Shown here: piece by piece, positions 1 through 12,619 of the stretch | Position numbering within the stretch: the first letter of the stretch is position 1 | How the letters are laid out: the number at the start of each line of letters is the position of its first letter | From: Camelus dromedarius | Lineage: Eukaryota | Direction of reading: 5' to 3' | Assembly (NCBI RefSeq): GCF_036321535.1 | Contig: NC_087449.1 | Span: 17,794,001-17,858,000 of the forward strand | DNA: 64,000 nucleotides | The notes under the pieces: generated by a model | Databases searched by the model: none | What the model saw: the letters and a program-made list of their open reading frames with translations, nothing else | Told to the model about the DNA's origin: nothing | Translations under genes and position numbers: made by a program

Positions 1-62
1 ACCCATAGAATGTACAGCACCAAGAGTGACCCTAATGTAAACTATGGACTTTAAGTGACAAT
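1..62 (+). mobile_element. L1M (L1MB/MC-type) 3' end fragment
   Basis: acccatagaatgtacagcaccaagagtgaccctaatgtaaactatggactt matches the recalled L1MB/L1MC 3'UTR motif. Confidence 0.75.
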
Positions 63-230
63 AACTTATAAATGGCCTATAATGAAAAAGAATATGATAA
101 GGAATATGTATATATATATATGTATGTATAACTGAATCACTATGCTGTACACCAGAAATTAACACAACATTGTAACCTGACAATACTTCAACAAAAAGTA
201 ATAATTTAAACAAATCTATAAAAAAAATAC
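63..230 (+). mobile_element. Artiodactyl/camelid-type L1 3' end with A-rich tail
   Basis: cctataatgaaaaagaatatg...tataactgaatcactatgctgtacaccagaaattaacacaacattgtaacctgacaatacttcaa. Confidence 0.8.
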
Positions 231-379
231 CCTGTTAAAAAAATGACACATACACGCAACTCATAATGTTTCCTTCGGAAGTCATCTACTTACAGTCTGA
301 CCCATCTCAATCAATGGGTATTTCTAAACTTCTATTTAAGCCAAATGAAGTCACTCTTGTTTTTTTAAACATCTGTCAA

Positions 380-1590
380 GAAATCCCGTTGGCTCCAACT
401 TCACAATAGACCCCGAAGCCAGTCACTCTGCACTACCCCCAGTGCCACCATCCTGGTCTGAGCTGCCAGCATCACTTGCCTTGCACACTGTGACAGCTTT
501 CATCCTGGCCTCGCTAGGGTCTGTTCTCAACACAGCAGCCAGAGTGATGTGATACTTTTAAAGCAAAAATCGGATTACACCTCTCCTTGTTAGTGATTCA
601 CCATTTCATTCAGAGTAGAAGCCAAATCTTTAAAGTGGCCCTCAGGCTCCTAGCTCATCTTCTGTCCTTTGGCTCCGTATATTATTCAGGGTTCTCCAGG
701 GAAACAAAACCTACACACACACACACACACACACATGCATACTTGTACACATACACATGTTCATGAGAGAGAATTCAATTATGAGGAAATGGCTCACTTC
801 TTAGCAGGCTGAGATGTCCCACAAACTGCTGTACGCAAGCTGGAAACCTGCTTCAATCTGAGTGTGAAGGCCTGAGAACCCGGGAGCCAACTGTGTAAAT
901 CTCAGTTTGAGAGCAGAAGACTTATAACTTAGCTCAACCGTCAGGCAGCGAAGGGCCAAATCCTCCCTCCCCCTTCCCTTCTATTCAGGCTTTCAGTGGA
1001 CAGTATGACATGCACCTGCATAGGAAGGGCGATGTGCTACTGAGGCCGCTGAAAAAACGTTTGGCAAATATCCGGACGCTCTGTGACTCAAATCACGTTG
1101 ACACAATTCACCCTCACACTCCATCTCCTGCTACTCTCCCTTTCTCTTCGCTTCATCCATGCTGATCTTGATATTTCTCAAATGAAGCAGGCTTGCTTCA
1201 GCCTCAGGGCCTTACGGCAAGCTCCTCCATCTGCCTGGAAGGCTCTTTCTCCAGATAGCTGCGTAACAAGCTCACCCATCACCATCATCTTGGCTAACAT
1301 CTTACCTTCTCGATGAGTCCTACTCAGATCACCCTTCATAAAACTGCAACCCATTCCTTCCGCTAATTCCTCTTACCTTGCTGTTTTGTTTTTTTTAACC
1401 ATATTTCTTATCAATTTCTAGCATTTCACTTAAATTAGGTATTTATTTTATTTACTGCTTATAGTCTGTCTCCTTATCTCCCAACCTGTCTAGAATGTAA
1501 GTTTCATCATGTCAAGGAGTTTCACTGCTTGTGCCTTGAGAAAGACCTGGTATGTATCTATGGCTCTATAACTATTCGGTGACTAAAAGG
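380..1590 (+). mobile_element. L2 LINE 3' region, interrupted by an MLT2 LTR
   Basis: L2 motifs ctcaacacagcagccagagtgat, cctcagggcctt, ctgcctggaaggctctt and ctagaatgtaag occur on both sides of the LTR. Confidence 0.75.
678..1118 (-). mobile_element. MLT2 (ERVL) solo LTR containing a (CA)n tract at 713-735
   Basis: Starts tatattattcagggttctccagggaaac, contains gaaggcctgagaacc and ends gttgacacaattcaccctcaca, all MLT2 hallmarks. Confidence 0.85.
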
Positions 1591-1959
1591 AATGGCTATG
1601 CTATAATGAAGTTTATAAAGCATCATTTCATGCCAGGCACTGTGCTTTGATCTCTGAATATGCAAGGATGAATCAGATCATTACCCTGCCTTCGGGCAGT
1701 TGACAAGGAAGCCTGGCATACCCATAAATAATTACAATACAGGATAGAAAGTAGATTGTATGAGAGATTTAGATAAACTACTCAAAGAAGAGAAAGCTAT
1801 TTCCAGCCAGAGCAACACGGAACAGTATGGAGATGGTGACACCTACATTGGAACTTGAATCTGTGGAAATGGGGGAAAATAACATTCCAGGTAGAAGAAA
1901 CCACATTAAAAAAAATCTCTAGAATGTGCTAAGGCATAGGGAGTAGGGAAAAACACAGA

Positions 1960-2197
1960 ATACAGAAAGAGCTCAGACTTTGAGTCAACATGCCTCACAT
2001 CAAATCCAAACTCTGTAGCTAAGCAGCTGTGCGACCTTAGACAAATTATTTAACCTCTCTGAGTTTCCGTTTTCATATCTGTAAAATTGGGATAATTCCA
2101 TCTAGCTTAGAGTATTGCTGTGAGGAAGTCGTGAGCATAAAGCACCTAGCCCCAGGACTGGCTCCCGGTGATCACTCTGTAAATGAGAGCTATTATT
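1960..2197 (+). mobile_element. MIR SINE
   Basis: Core ctgtgcgaccttagacaaattatttaacctctctgagtttccgttttcatatctgtaaaattggg. Confidence 0.85.
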
Positions 2198-2516
2198 GGA
2201 GTGTAGTTTGACTGGAGTACAGATGAAGTGTTCCCCTCAACAATGCCATTTTTTCCAATAGGAAGCAAGGCCAAAATGTATTGCATTTACTCTGCACTCC
2301 CAGGGAACATTCATCTATTGTCCAACTTGAAAAATGAAGCTGAAAATGACTAGTCTTGTATTAGAAGCATAAAACACTGAAAATGTGATACATTGGCCTA
2401 GCAGGCATAAGATTGCTTTGAATATAGAAGGAATAAAAATATGCGTGCGCTATATTTCTGTTGAAGATGATTTTGACTTATCCACCCGTTTCTCTCTTTC
2501 TTTGTTTCTTTTTCAG

Positions 2517-2637
2517 TTGCTCCTACAATTCAGGAAATTAAATCTGGCACGGTGGCCCCTGGACGCAGTGGATTGATAAGATGCGAAGGTGCAGGTGTGC
2601 CGCCTCCGGCCTTTGAATGGTACAAAGGAGAGAAGAA
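2517..2637 (+). CDS. NEGR1: NEGR1 coding exon 5 (121 nt, start of third Ig domain)
   Basis: Long polypyrimidine tract then tttcag|TT GCT CCT... reads (F)APTIQEIKSGTVAPGRSGLIRCEGAGVPPPAFEWYKGEK(K), then AA|gtaagg donor. Matches recalled human NEGR1 FAPTIQEIKSGTVTPGRSGLIRCEGAGVPPPAFEWYKGEKK and the 121-nt exon length. Confidence 0.97.
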
Positions 2638-3458
2638 GTAAGGACTTTGTGATTATTACTCTGTTTCAAGCACTTTGTGCTAATGTGTTTGTGTTTCAGA
2701 TACTTACTTTAGCAATTTCTTTAACTGGCTTGAATGATTCTCAGCAGCCTCCTCGCGGGGCTGGCAAACTGAAGAGGGCCACGTGGGAGGGATAAGTAGC
2801 TTATAAAAGCATCCAGAAGAAATGTCCACGCTGGTTTATAAGATCTCAGAAATGCCTGCAAATCCCCCATCACTGATACGTTTCATTTCTTCCCCTCCCT
2901 CCTGAACCACCACACCATCGCTCTTGCTGGCAACCATGTTTACTCGGGAAACCAGCCCTTAAAGGACTCGGGCACAGAGTCCAGGAGAGCACTCCAAAAG
3001 CAATCAGAGCTGCTGACTCTGCCTGGCTTCCTTGATAAACCTCAACCCTTTCACCTGCCTCACTCTCCCGCAAGACATTCTAACATTTTGTTTTACAGAA
3101 CATTGCGTTTCCGGTATTCTGTCACTAAGGGGCTATAGAGGGATAAAATACACGTTTGAAGGACTAACCAAGGGGACTTTAGGGCTACTCTGACTTCAGT
3201 TCTGTGTGATTGTCCCCTTGAGGAGCTTCAGAAAGCCTTGGCAAGAGCTGTTGAACAAGAGAAGACAGGATTTGACTACTTTCTCTTTACTTTCAACCAG
3301 TGGGCTCGTTCCGACTTCTCCAGCTGCTCTTATCAAGTCATCAAAGAAGAGTGGGACCCCTGTGGGTTAAATGGGAGATGGAATGCAGAGGGGAGGATAT
3401 TATCTGTAATACGTATTTTTTGCTTCAAAACTAGGGAGGGATGTGTTCAAGAAAAATG

Positions 3459-3556
3459 TTAGGTTGGACCGTATGAAATTGCCGTTTCGGTCAAAAAAAA
3501 AAAAAAGAAAAAAGAAAAAGAAGCTAAATGTTGATAATCCCATACTGTTCAACATG
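3459..3556. mobile_element. MADE2 mariner-derived MITE with an expanded internal A-rich tract
   Basis: ttaggttggaccgtatgaaattgccgtttcggtcaaaaa ... aatcccatactgttcaacat matches the recalled palindromic MADE2 consensus. About 30 nt of A-rich sequence sits in the middle. Confidence 0.7.
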
Positions 3557-5039
3557 TACCTATGGGGTTTATTTACTTTTGCCATAGCTCATAACTGATT
3601 ATAGCTAAATGTCCAAACAGAAAACAGGTGAAATCGTGTAAGAACTTAGATATTGACACAGTGGGTGAGAATGGGTGTGACATAAGCGGGTACTTTGTTT
3701 CTTAAATGGTAATAAAAGAGGATTTGTATTCTCCCCCTTCAACATCAGCCTTAACAATAGAAGAAACCCCCACAAGCACCTCATTTGTCTTGGATAACTC
3801 GTGGTGGTTTTACCTAAAATGTTTTACAGCTATTTTATATGCAACCTCTTACTACGGTTTGGGCTGTTTAATTTTTAATTCTTTTTACTAATTAATTAAT
3901 GCTTTTACTTAATATAAATCTGCTTCTTTGTTGTTTCATGGAGGACCCCATATTTTTTTTTTAATCTAGATTTAGGTAGACTGGTCTGTGGTCACCCTTG
4001 TCCCACCCTACAAGATTGTGTATCTGGCAATATAACCTTTCTCAGCTTCTGATAATCCACGCTGGGCAGTTTTCCATTTGTGGTGATCCATATAGAAAAA
4101 CTTCTAGGAGACTGGTTCTCAATCCTTTGAAAGTGATGAAACCCTTTGTTTGCATACAGTCTTATTTGGAAGCCCAACAAGTAATATCTATGGAAGCTGG
4201 GGTGAGTGGAGCCTCAGCACCATCTGCTTAGAGCCCTCCCTTCCGTTAGGATGTCCTTGCAGCCCTGCCAGCCCCCACCAACCCTGGTTCTCCACAAAGC
4301 ACAGTTGAAAAAATGACTTAAATGATTTTACATATCTTTCAAAGTCACCTTTGAAACTGTATCAGGCCTTTTTTTTTAAGCAAAGAGAATGATTCCTGGT
4401 AGCACAAGTGAGAGCTCCTTTGTTAAAGTCCATTTTGTTTCTAATATTTTGTGAATTGATGGCCTAAATTTTTTTTTTTTTTGCTATTTCTCTCGCTTTC
4501 CTGTTCCTAAATTCAGCAACCATTCTCAAAAAAGGCTACGATAATCCTCAGTCCACTTTCTTGGCCTATAGAAAATATAGCAAAGAGCCAATTTTTCTCC
4601 TACTGGGGAGATGGACTATAGCTTTTATTAGATTTTCAAAGGAGTTTAAAACTACTGCTGAAAAAGGTGGACTGATTCTCCCCAATCAGGGCCCCTCCCC
4701 AATACACTCACCCATATAAAGCGAATCTAGCAGCTGTGAGAATCAAATGCACTTGTCAAAGGCAAACATTTTCATTTCAGAGTGAAGTATACGTTTGTCA
4801 TTTGTTAGGGTTGTGTTTGAGGAAATATCCAAATTCTCAAATACCACTAGAATATATAAATTCTTCTCAAAATTATAGAAAAGCAAGTTTGAGTATATGC
4901 AGGGAGTAAGAGAGAGAAATAGTCTGCTTGCTGAATAAATTGTTGCTACACACACTAAATGGATCTCCCATGCTACCTTTAGGGCCCAGGTCATTTACAT
5001 ACTTATCTCATCAAAATGAAAAACTGTCTATGTAATGAA

Positions 5040-5240
5040 TACCTGATATTTAGCATTAACTGGTTTAATTTTCACAACAAACCTGTAAGATAGGTACTAT
5101 TATTATTCTCATCTTTTGCTTGAGGGGAACCAAAGCACAGTGTTTTCAGGTAATTTGCACAAGTCCATAGTTAGTGACAGACCTGGGATTTGGGCCCAAG
5201 AAGTCTTGCACCTCTTCTTGCAGAGTCCAAGGATTTAACC
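5040..5240 (-). mobile_element. MIR SINE
   Basis: tcacaacaaacctgtaagataggtactattattattctcatc...gacctgggattt. Confidence 0.7.
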
Positions 5241-5979
5241 CCTAGACTATGACACCTAGTATTGATCCTGGGACCTCAGAGTCTATCAAAAACAATATGA
5301 GATGCCAATGTTAAATGCCAAGGTAAAGACAATGCAGGTAATTTATAAGTTAGTAAAATTAAAGACTGCACACGTGGTGTAAACACTCACTTATAATTTC
5401 CCAAATTTATTAAGTCAAAAACACAGAAATAAGTGAGTCAAGGTGACCAGACAGAGAAGAAACAGATACAACATGTTTTCAAGTTGTTTTCTTGACCTCA
5501 AGGTCATTAGCAGAAGCACGAGGCTGTCAGAGGCTCTGTCAGAGTAGAGAAGAGATTTTGCAAGATCTGGAGAAGTTTTATTTCCTAGAAATCTTTTATA
5601 CTCGGGGTTTACAAAAAATATTTAGAAATAATTTACTCTCTTTACTTCTACTTAAGGGAATTTTTATAAAAATTCATCTCTCTTAAATCAAGATCTTCAA
5701 AGTCAGCTTTTCATTCAAATACATATTAACAAACACAAACATAGAAGAAAAGAGGAAGTACCTGATCATCTCTCATCTCATCTCTAACCTTATAGTTCTT
5801 CCACATCCTGTAAAATCCACTTCTGTGTCCTGGGAATAATCTGCTTGCAAACATTAAAAAATAAAATAAAACAACAACAACAACAACAAAAAACCTGCAC
5901 AATTAAGCACAATTTAAAGAAAATTAAAAAAAAAAATACTGAGGATAAATCACTTTCCAAGGCTGTTAAATTCTTCTGT

Positions 5980-6140
5980 CTCATGTATTCTTCAGACCTT
6001 TGTGAAGTATGATTTATTATCCTCAATTTACTGATGACAAAACTGAAACACAAGAGACTTCACCTGTCTAAGAGCACTCACTTAAAAGATGCTCTCAGGA
6101 CACAGTTTAGATTTGTCAGCCTCTCAGCCCATATTCTTTC
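5980..6140 (-). mobile_element. MIR SINE
   Basis: attattatcctcaatttactgatgacaaaactgaaacacaagag, an antisense MIR core. Confidence 0.65.
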
Positions 6141-6147
6141 CCTTGTC

Positions 6148-6648
6148 TATATTGCCATTATTGGTTATTGATAACCAACCCAAATTTGGCAGTTTAAAAC
6201 AGTAAGAATTTATTATCTCAAACAGTTTCTGTGGGGCAGGAATCCAGGAGCAGTTGAGTGGGATATGGCTCAGGGTCTCTCATCAGGGTCCCATCCAGGA
6301 TCATCGAGTGCTGATCCTCTGAAGGCTTGACTAGGGCTGGAGGATCTGCTTCCAAGGCAGCTCACTCACGTGCCTGCAAGTTAGTGCCTGTGATTGGCAG
6401 ACGGCCTCTGTTAATCACCATGTGGACCTCTTCATGACACAGTAGTTGACTTCCCGCAGAACTGGTGATCTAAGAGAACATGGTAGAAGCTGTTTATGAC
6501 CTAGATTCAGGAGTCGTAGTCTGTCATTTCTGCAATATATTATTGGTTACAAAGGACGACCCTATTCAATGATGGAGAGGCAACATGAGGACATTAAATA
6601 TCAAGGGGTGAGGATTATCAGATGTTGTCCCCAAAGATGGCTCTCACA
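6148..6648 (-). mobile_element. MLT1F-like MaLR solo LTR with intact 5-bp target-site duplication
   Basis: The reverse complement matches the recalled MLT1F start (gataatcctcacc...gaatagggt...gtaaccaata...ttgcagaaatgac). TTGTC flanks both ends (6143-6147 and 6649-6653). Confidence 0.85.
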
Positions 6649-8656
6649 TTGTCTCTCTCATGGATGATGTAATTATTTTTATATTAGAAATAATAGCCAT
6701 TTGACCTTTAGTTTATTGCACTGTTCAGTTAAGCATCATGAGAATGACTAAAGTTATATACCTGTTAGTAAAGTATTGTCCCTTGGTATAAAATGGTCAT
6801 TTTTTAACACTGTGGTCTCTTGCAGCATAGTGGCAGGGACAGTTCTAATAGACTAATGTTTACTCCATGTAAGTTTTTAAGTATTGGGAAAATAGGAGTT
6901 CAGAGTTCAATTATATAGAGGGCCAAAAATTTCAACTTTTTTCTTGATAATAGAGAAGACAGATAAGAGGAAATACGTTCCTTCTAAGCAGAGAAAGAAC
7001 TCTTTCAGAACAGGCCAAGTACTGTAAAGCACATAATGTCTTTGATGACATGAAATTAAGTTCATCCATAGCTTCAGAACAGTGCATTCACTTAGGATTA
7101 GGAATAAAAACAAACTAAACTGTAATGGACTAACATTTAAATAGGTCTTGCAAAAACATAGGTTTTGTATCACTTCGCTGAGATGGCATTATAATCTTGT
7201 CTCAGATCAGAATTTTCTTATTCGCCTGCTTAGTTGAATTCCCTTTACATCGCCTCAAATCCAAGCTCGCAGCCTAGAAAGACGTGCCTTTGGATTTTTC
7301 ATGATGAATTTAGCAGCTGCAGTCTTTTAAAATAGTGCATATTTTATTCACGTTGCCAGTTTTCAGGCAAATGGCCAATTGTAGCAATGCTTTTTTGGAA
7401 TTCTTTAATCACAACGGGTTTTTTTTTAAATTCTGTATTGTAATTTAAGATAGAGATACAAAAGTTACACACAAGGTAAATACAAATTATCTCCATGAAT
7501 GAAAAACAAATATGTGATAAAACATTAAAATTATCAATATATCTGTTAAGCGAATGTGTTCCTAAAAATTGAATGTTTTATAGTTGACTGTGAAAACCTA
7601 TAATATTTTGACTTTTTAAGCAATGAATTTCAAATTTAGTCTATGCATTTTTAGGTCATTCTTTACAACAAATATTATGTCAGCATAACTCTTACCTCTG
7701 AATCCTATTAACTGTTCCATCTACACCTTTGCTTCACAGGAAATGTGATGAGCATTACCTTATTGCCTTGCTGTAAAGGATTTATTATCTACGTGTATAA
7801 AACATGCATGTGCATGTTACAAAATGTATAAAGGTACCATTGAGAGGATAGGAAAAAGCCTAAAATCAACCATGTAGCAAATGTCACGTTCACATTACAC
7901 AGAAGTATGATGACCTTTTTCAATCAGGTTAGGTTTTCACTTTAGGTCATGATGATTTTTTATTCTTGGCTTTACCGAGGTGAGATGAACTTGAGAAATC
8001 AGAATGAAGTGGAGTGACCTTTCCTCTCCTTTTTCCTAGTCTAGATTATTTACCACTGGGTCACCTAGACAGGCCGTAAATTTCATCTGAGTTGTTCACT
8101 TTGATGAAGGAACATTGGGAGGGTCTTGTCTTCGTCCCTTCTTTTATTTTCAAGGGAACCAGAAAAATGAGTTAAAATATTCTTCTGTGTCTTCAGTGAT
8201 CCTTTTTCTTTGCTATTTTTCGTGTAATTTATGTGTGTCAAAGTTATGAATACATTACATTTGTATAACACATTATGATTTTCAAGCATTTTTATGTATG
8301 CTAGTTTTGCAAAATGTGCACATTTTTATATTTCACTTCCATACTCTTTGAGCTTTGGGTGCTACATGAGAGAGAGAGAAAAAAAGAGAAAGAAAGAGAT
8401 AAACGTGGTAGTAACAATTTAAAGGGCACGGCTCCTTACTCTACTCGATACATAAGTTTCAGAAAGACATGTAATGGAAGACATGCTCCTCGCTACTCCT
8501 TCAGTTGGTCTTCACTCCCATTTACCTCTGGTAGTGTGAGTATCTCTCCATTCTCAGTGAGCTCCTCAGGTTGAAGGTAGGTATGTAATATAACATGATT
8601 CTAAAACAAAAACAAACTATTTCATCCAGGGCTCAGCCATAGAGAATGATGTAACA

Positions 8657-8927
8657 TAGTGGTCCGCAACATTTTTAGAACATTTATCACCATAAGTAAA
8701 ATTCAAAACTTAGCAAAAACTACCAGTATATGCATACTTGTATGTAAATTATGTGTATGCACTTCTGAACTAGTATTTTGCATAAATTAAATGACCTGCA
8801 ACAGATACAATTTAAAAGATGAGATACAAATGCAATATAAATGGGCATTCTATTATTTTTTCCTCATACTCCAACAGATCACTTTGTACCCACCCTGAGG
8901 TCCTTACCCCCCATTTTGAAGACTCTT
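8657..8927 (-). mobile_element. hAT-Charlie-type non-autonomous DNA transposon, subfamily not assigned
   Basis: Charlie-like ends tagtggtccgcaacattttt ... ccccattttgaagactct around an AT-rich core. Confidence 0.6.
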
Positions 8928-9180
8928 GTGAAGTATACTAGTCTCAAGCAAGGAAGTTTAGGGAATTTTCAAGGGCAGTTTTGATGACATGCAACTTTTA
9001 CCTGATATGCTGACTTTGCAGTCTTACAACACATATTATTTAACTCGCTGTTTGCTATCTTGCGCATTCCTTGCAGAATTCTAACTAGATTACGCCTGAT
9101 TTAAAACAAAACAAAACTGTCTCATAAAGGTGAAATGACTTGTTGAAGGGAAGTACAGAACGGGAAGTAAAATCTAATTT

Positions 9181-9337
9181 CAAGGAAAACTTGGGAGGTG
9201 ATGGATATGTGTGGCCTTTATGTTGATGGTTTCACAGGTGTATACTGATTCTCAAACTCACTGAGTTGTATATATTAAATATGTACAGCTTTAGAGTTGA
9301 GGTACCAATTATACCTCAATAAAGTGATTTTTAAAAA
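9181..9337 (+). mobile_element. L1MB/MC 3' terminal fragment
   Basis: ggaggtgatggatatgt...gatggtttcacaggtgtatac...caaactcactgagttgtatatattaaatatgtacag...caattatacctcaataaag. Confidence 0.85.
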
Positions 9338-9769
9338 CAGAAACAAAGCAAACCCTGATTTCCTGACTGTGTCCAGCTATCCTTTTTCTAGATTTTACCA
9401 CACAATTTTGATTATTCAGGAGAGACTAGAAATAAGGTAGTTCTGTCTTCTCCCCTCCCACCCGCACCTACCTCTCATCCTCTCATTGGCAAGACTATTC
9501 TTACAAGAGTTGGAAGTTACATATTTTGATTTAGCAGGAGATTGGAAATAACCTCATTACCATCCCATGTTAAAAGGTGCTCTTCCCTACTGACCTGAGA
9601 TTCTACTTCTTCACATTGGGCACTTATCTGTGAGATAATTTGCAAAATTTGAAAAGGAAGCAAGTTCCTTCATTGAAAGAACTTGCATTTCTAATGTCAT
9701 CTCATTATTATTTATTTGCTTGTTTATGATTTTATTAATTTCATTCTGATGATATTTCACTCCTTTTTA

Positions 9770-9980
9770 TAACCAAAGTCTTATCAGTACAGCTCCATCA
9801 CCCCCGGTCATGCAAGGCCAGGCTGATAAAGGGTAAATATGTGAAACAAATGGGAGCATTTCAACTACTGGGAGCTGGAAAGCACATGTCTGCATAAGAC
9901 ATAAATACATATTATTATATTTAAAATTTTGCGCCAAATAAAGTTGAAAGTGGGCCAAGGCCAGTTTGCATCCCTTGACG
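9770..9980 (-). mobile_element. Degenerate hAT-type DNA transposon fragment
   Basis: Ends gggccaaggccagtttgcatcccttg, like hAT MER termini. Confidence 0.4.
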
Positions 9981-10290
9981 TAGAGTTTACAGTTTGTCAT
10001 AAAAATCACCAAAATGAAATAAATACCAAGTAAGAATATCTTAAGGGGACCCTAAGTCAAGTTCTTGAGAGTGCACAGCAAGGGTCGATTCAACTCAAAT
10101 CAGAGCATTAACAAATGCTTCAGGGGAAAAATTTTTGCACTGGACACCACATGATGAATAGTATTTCCAAACATTGCAAGGGGTTAAAAATAATCACAGG
10201 CCAGAAAAGAACCTAGTGAATTCATGTGAGCATTGTGTGGGCAGTTTTTTATTTATTTATGTATGTTTCATTTTTTTCTATCTCTCTGTA

Positions 10291-10473
10291 TTTTTTTAAT
10301 TGAGGTATAGTCAGTTGCATCAATTTCTGGCACACAGCATAATGTTTCAGTCAAACATACATATACATATATTCTTTTTCATATTCTTTTTCATTATAGT
10401 TTACTACAAGATGCTGAATATAGTTCCCTTTGCTATACAGAAGGAACTTGCTGTTCATCTAGTTTATATATAG
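10291..10473 (-). mobile_element. Young camelid-type L1 3' end (about 180 bp, 5'-truncated)
   Basis: ttttttaattgaggtatagtcagttg...catattctttttcattatagtttactacaagatgctgaatatagttccc is the reverse complement of a camelid-like L1 3'UTR. Confidence 0.85.
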
Positions 10474-10529
10474 AAGAGAGTATTAAATAAGGGTTTTTTA
10501 TGCTTTGGGGTACAGGATGTGAAATCTGG

Positions 10530-10955
10530 TGTAACAGGAGGTAGGTTTAGAAAGGATCTTAAATGTCATGATAAGATGTTATCCGTGGACTTAATTCCAT
10601 AGGTATTGAGAAGCTGTTGGAGGGCTTTTCAACAGTAGTAAAGCAATCCACTCCTCATCTTCACAAAATGTTTCAGGAAGTAGTTGGGAGAAATGGATTA
10701 GAAATGTATAAAATATGGCTTAAACTAAGGTATTGGTTGTGCAGTTAAAAAGCAAGAGAGAGAAAAAATGTAGCATTTGTATATTTCAGTGTCTGATTAA
10801 ATATAAGGAAAGGACAATTTTGAAGGTAATTCCAGATTTTCTAGCTCAATAACAAGGGTGAATGCTGAAGTCATTAGCTGAGGCTGGGGACACAGGAAAG
10901 GGGATTTTGAAGAGACTGTGCTGCGTTTGGTTTGGGACATACTGAAATCGAAGTG
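10530..10955 (-). mobile_element. L2 LINE fragment
   Basis: Purine-rich antisense L2 motifs, ending tttggtttgggacatactgaaatcgaagtg. Confidence 0.6.
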
Positions 10956-11019
10956 TTAACACTGGATACACAGTCCACCAGCTAACAGCTGGATTTTGGT
11001 TGTGTTCTTAAAATTCATA

Positions 11020-11590
11020 GTGATATTTCCAAAATAAATGTCTGATTTAGTCACTTGTACTTGAACCCTTCAGTGGTTCCTGGTTGTCCCTGGAATAAAG
11101 GCCTAACGCCACAGCGTGTCATGAAGCCTTTGTGTTCTCGCCCCTGCTTACCTCTCTTGGCTAGGAATCTTACCATTCTGCTGTCTCACAGTAGGGGCTA
11201 TAGGCATCCTAAAGTATTTAATTCCTAAATTATGACCCGATCTCTGTCTTTCAAGCATCTTCAGGTATTGGCCACTTTCCTTGCAGGCCCCTCCCACACA
11301 CTTCCCGAGCCTGGTTACCTTCGGCTGGCTGCCTTCCACTTTGCTCCCTATTCAGATGTCACTTTCTCTCAGAAAACTACCCTGGACCTTTTCTACTAGA
11401 AGCAGCAGCTCTCCAGAGGTACTCCCATATTCTCGCCTCAAAGCACTTTTTAAACTGTACTCAACTTTTTTACTTGTCCATTTCTCTTCCTAATCTATAG
11501 TCTACCCGGGAGTGAGGATTCTGCCCTGTTCACCACCATGTTCCCAGCATCTAACATGGTGTTTGGAATGCACTCTGTTGCAAGAATGAG
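11020..11590 (+). mobile_element. L2 LINE 3' fragment
   Basis: cccttcagtggttcctggttgtccctggaataaag ... tcagatgtcactttctc ... ctgttcaccaccatgttcccagcatctaacatgg. Confidence 0.65.
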
Positions 11591-12619
11591 TTGTGGCCTT
11601 TTAATAATGATAAAGTAGAGCCATTAGAATTTTGATACAGTTTCAAATTACTAAGAGAGTATTAGTAGAAATGCATCCTGTCACCTTAGACTGTGGGACA
11701 CTGTAAACCCAACATGTGATTACAGAAAGGAAGCTGTTTTCTGTTGCTCAAGTCTGGCTTCCCACTATTTCTGCTTTGTGAGTGTGGTCCCTGCAAAGTG
11801 GTTGTGTTGGTATATCGTGGGATGAAATTTGACATTAAAATCAGGAGCACATGGATATTAGAAAAGCAGTTCAAACAGAGGGGAGAAGTCTAGCCAGAGG
11901 CCAGGTTGTCAGGGATACAAAACTCCCTGCAGTCAGGGGAGGACTGACGCCTGCAGTGTCGCCTTCGTTTATTTGAAGTAGGGTCAAAAGACGATCTTCT
12001 CCCCTTGCAAATCAAACCGTTGCAAGTCAGGCAGCCCAAAGGTCTCTAATCTAAATTTACTAATTTCATTAAAATTGATAAAGTAAACAAGACATACATT
12101 TTAAATAGCCTAATAAAGTCTAAAATCATTTAAATGTTCTAATATATTATAATAACATTAATATATTCAAATGTGTAACTAAAGATAGATACCCCTTGGG
12201 GCTAAGACAATGATACATGATATTCTTCAGTTTGTTCCTGGGGATAAATGATATATGTTTTTGAGCCTTAAGTACCAAGCAACACAGTAAACTGATAGGT
12301 TGCTATAGGAGCATGTTCACATAAATTTTCATTTCTCCGGTTTCTAGCAGTTCTTACTCCTCCCTCTCTTTTAAATTTTTTTTTTAATCTACCCTGCACA
12401 TCTGTGAAAAGCCTAGATGATGTTGATAATGTGCATGTAATTGATACGGAGTTTGGCACATCTTGAAATCATGATGCCATGATCTTTTCAGTCACTCTTC
12501 TAGATCTTTTCTTTAAAAATAATTTCCTGTTTGTGCTCAACATTTAATATTTTGCTGCCACATGAGAGAAAATGTATCTGTTCTAAGAAACAGACCCTAT
12601 CATTGAGCAGTAACACCTA

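Noticed and set aside
2680-2699. Strong acceptor-like gctaatgtgtttgtgtttcag just after exon 5
   Set aside because: It would define a 62-nt intron, at or below the usual mammalian minimum, and leads to a stop within 4 codons; no support.
2589-2795. ORF overlapping NEGR1 exon 5
   Set aside because: Off-frame reading of the exon running into the intron; the other overlapping ORF (2385-2576) is also off-frame.
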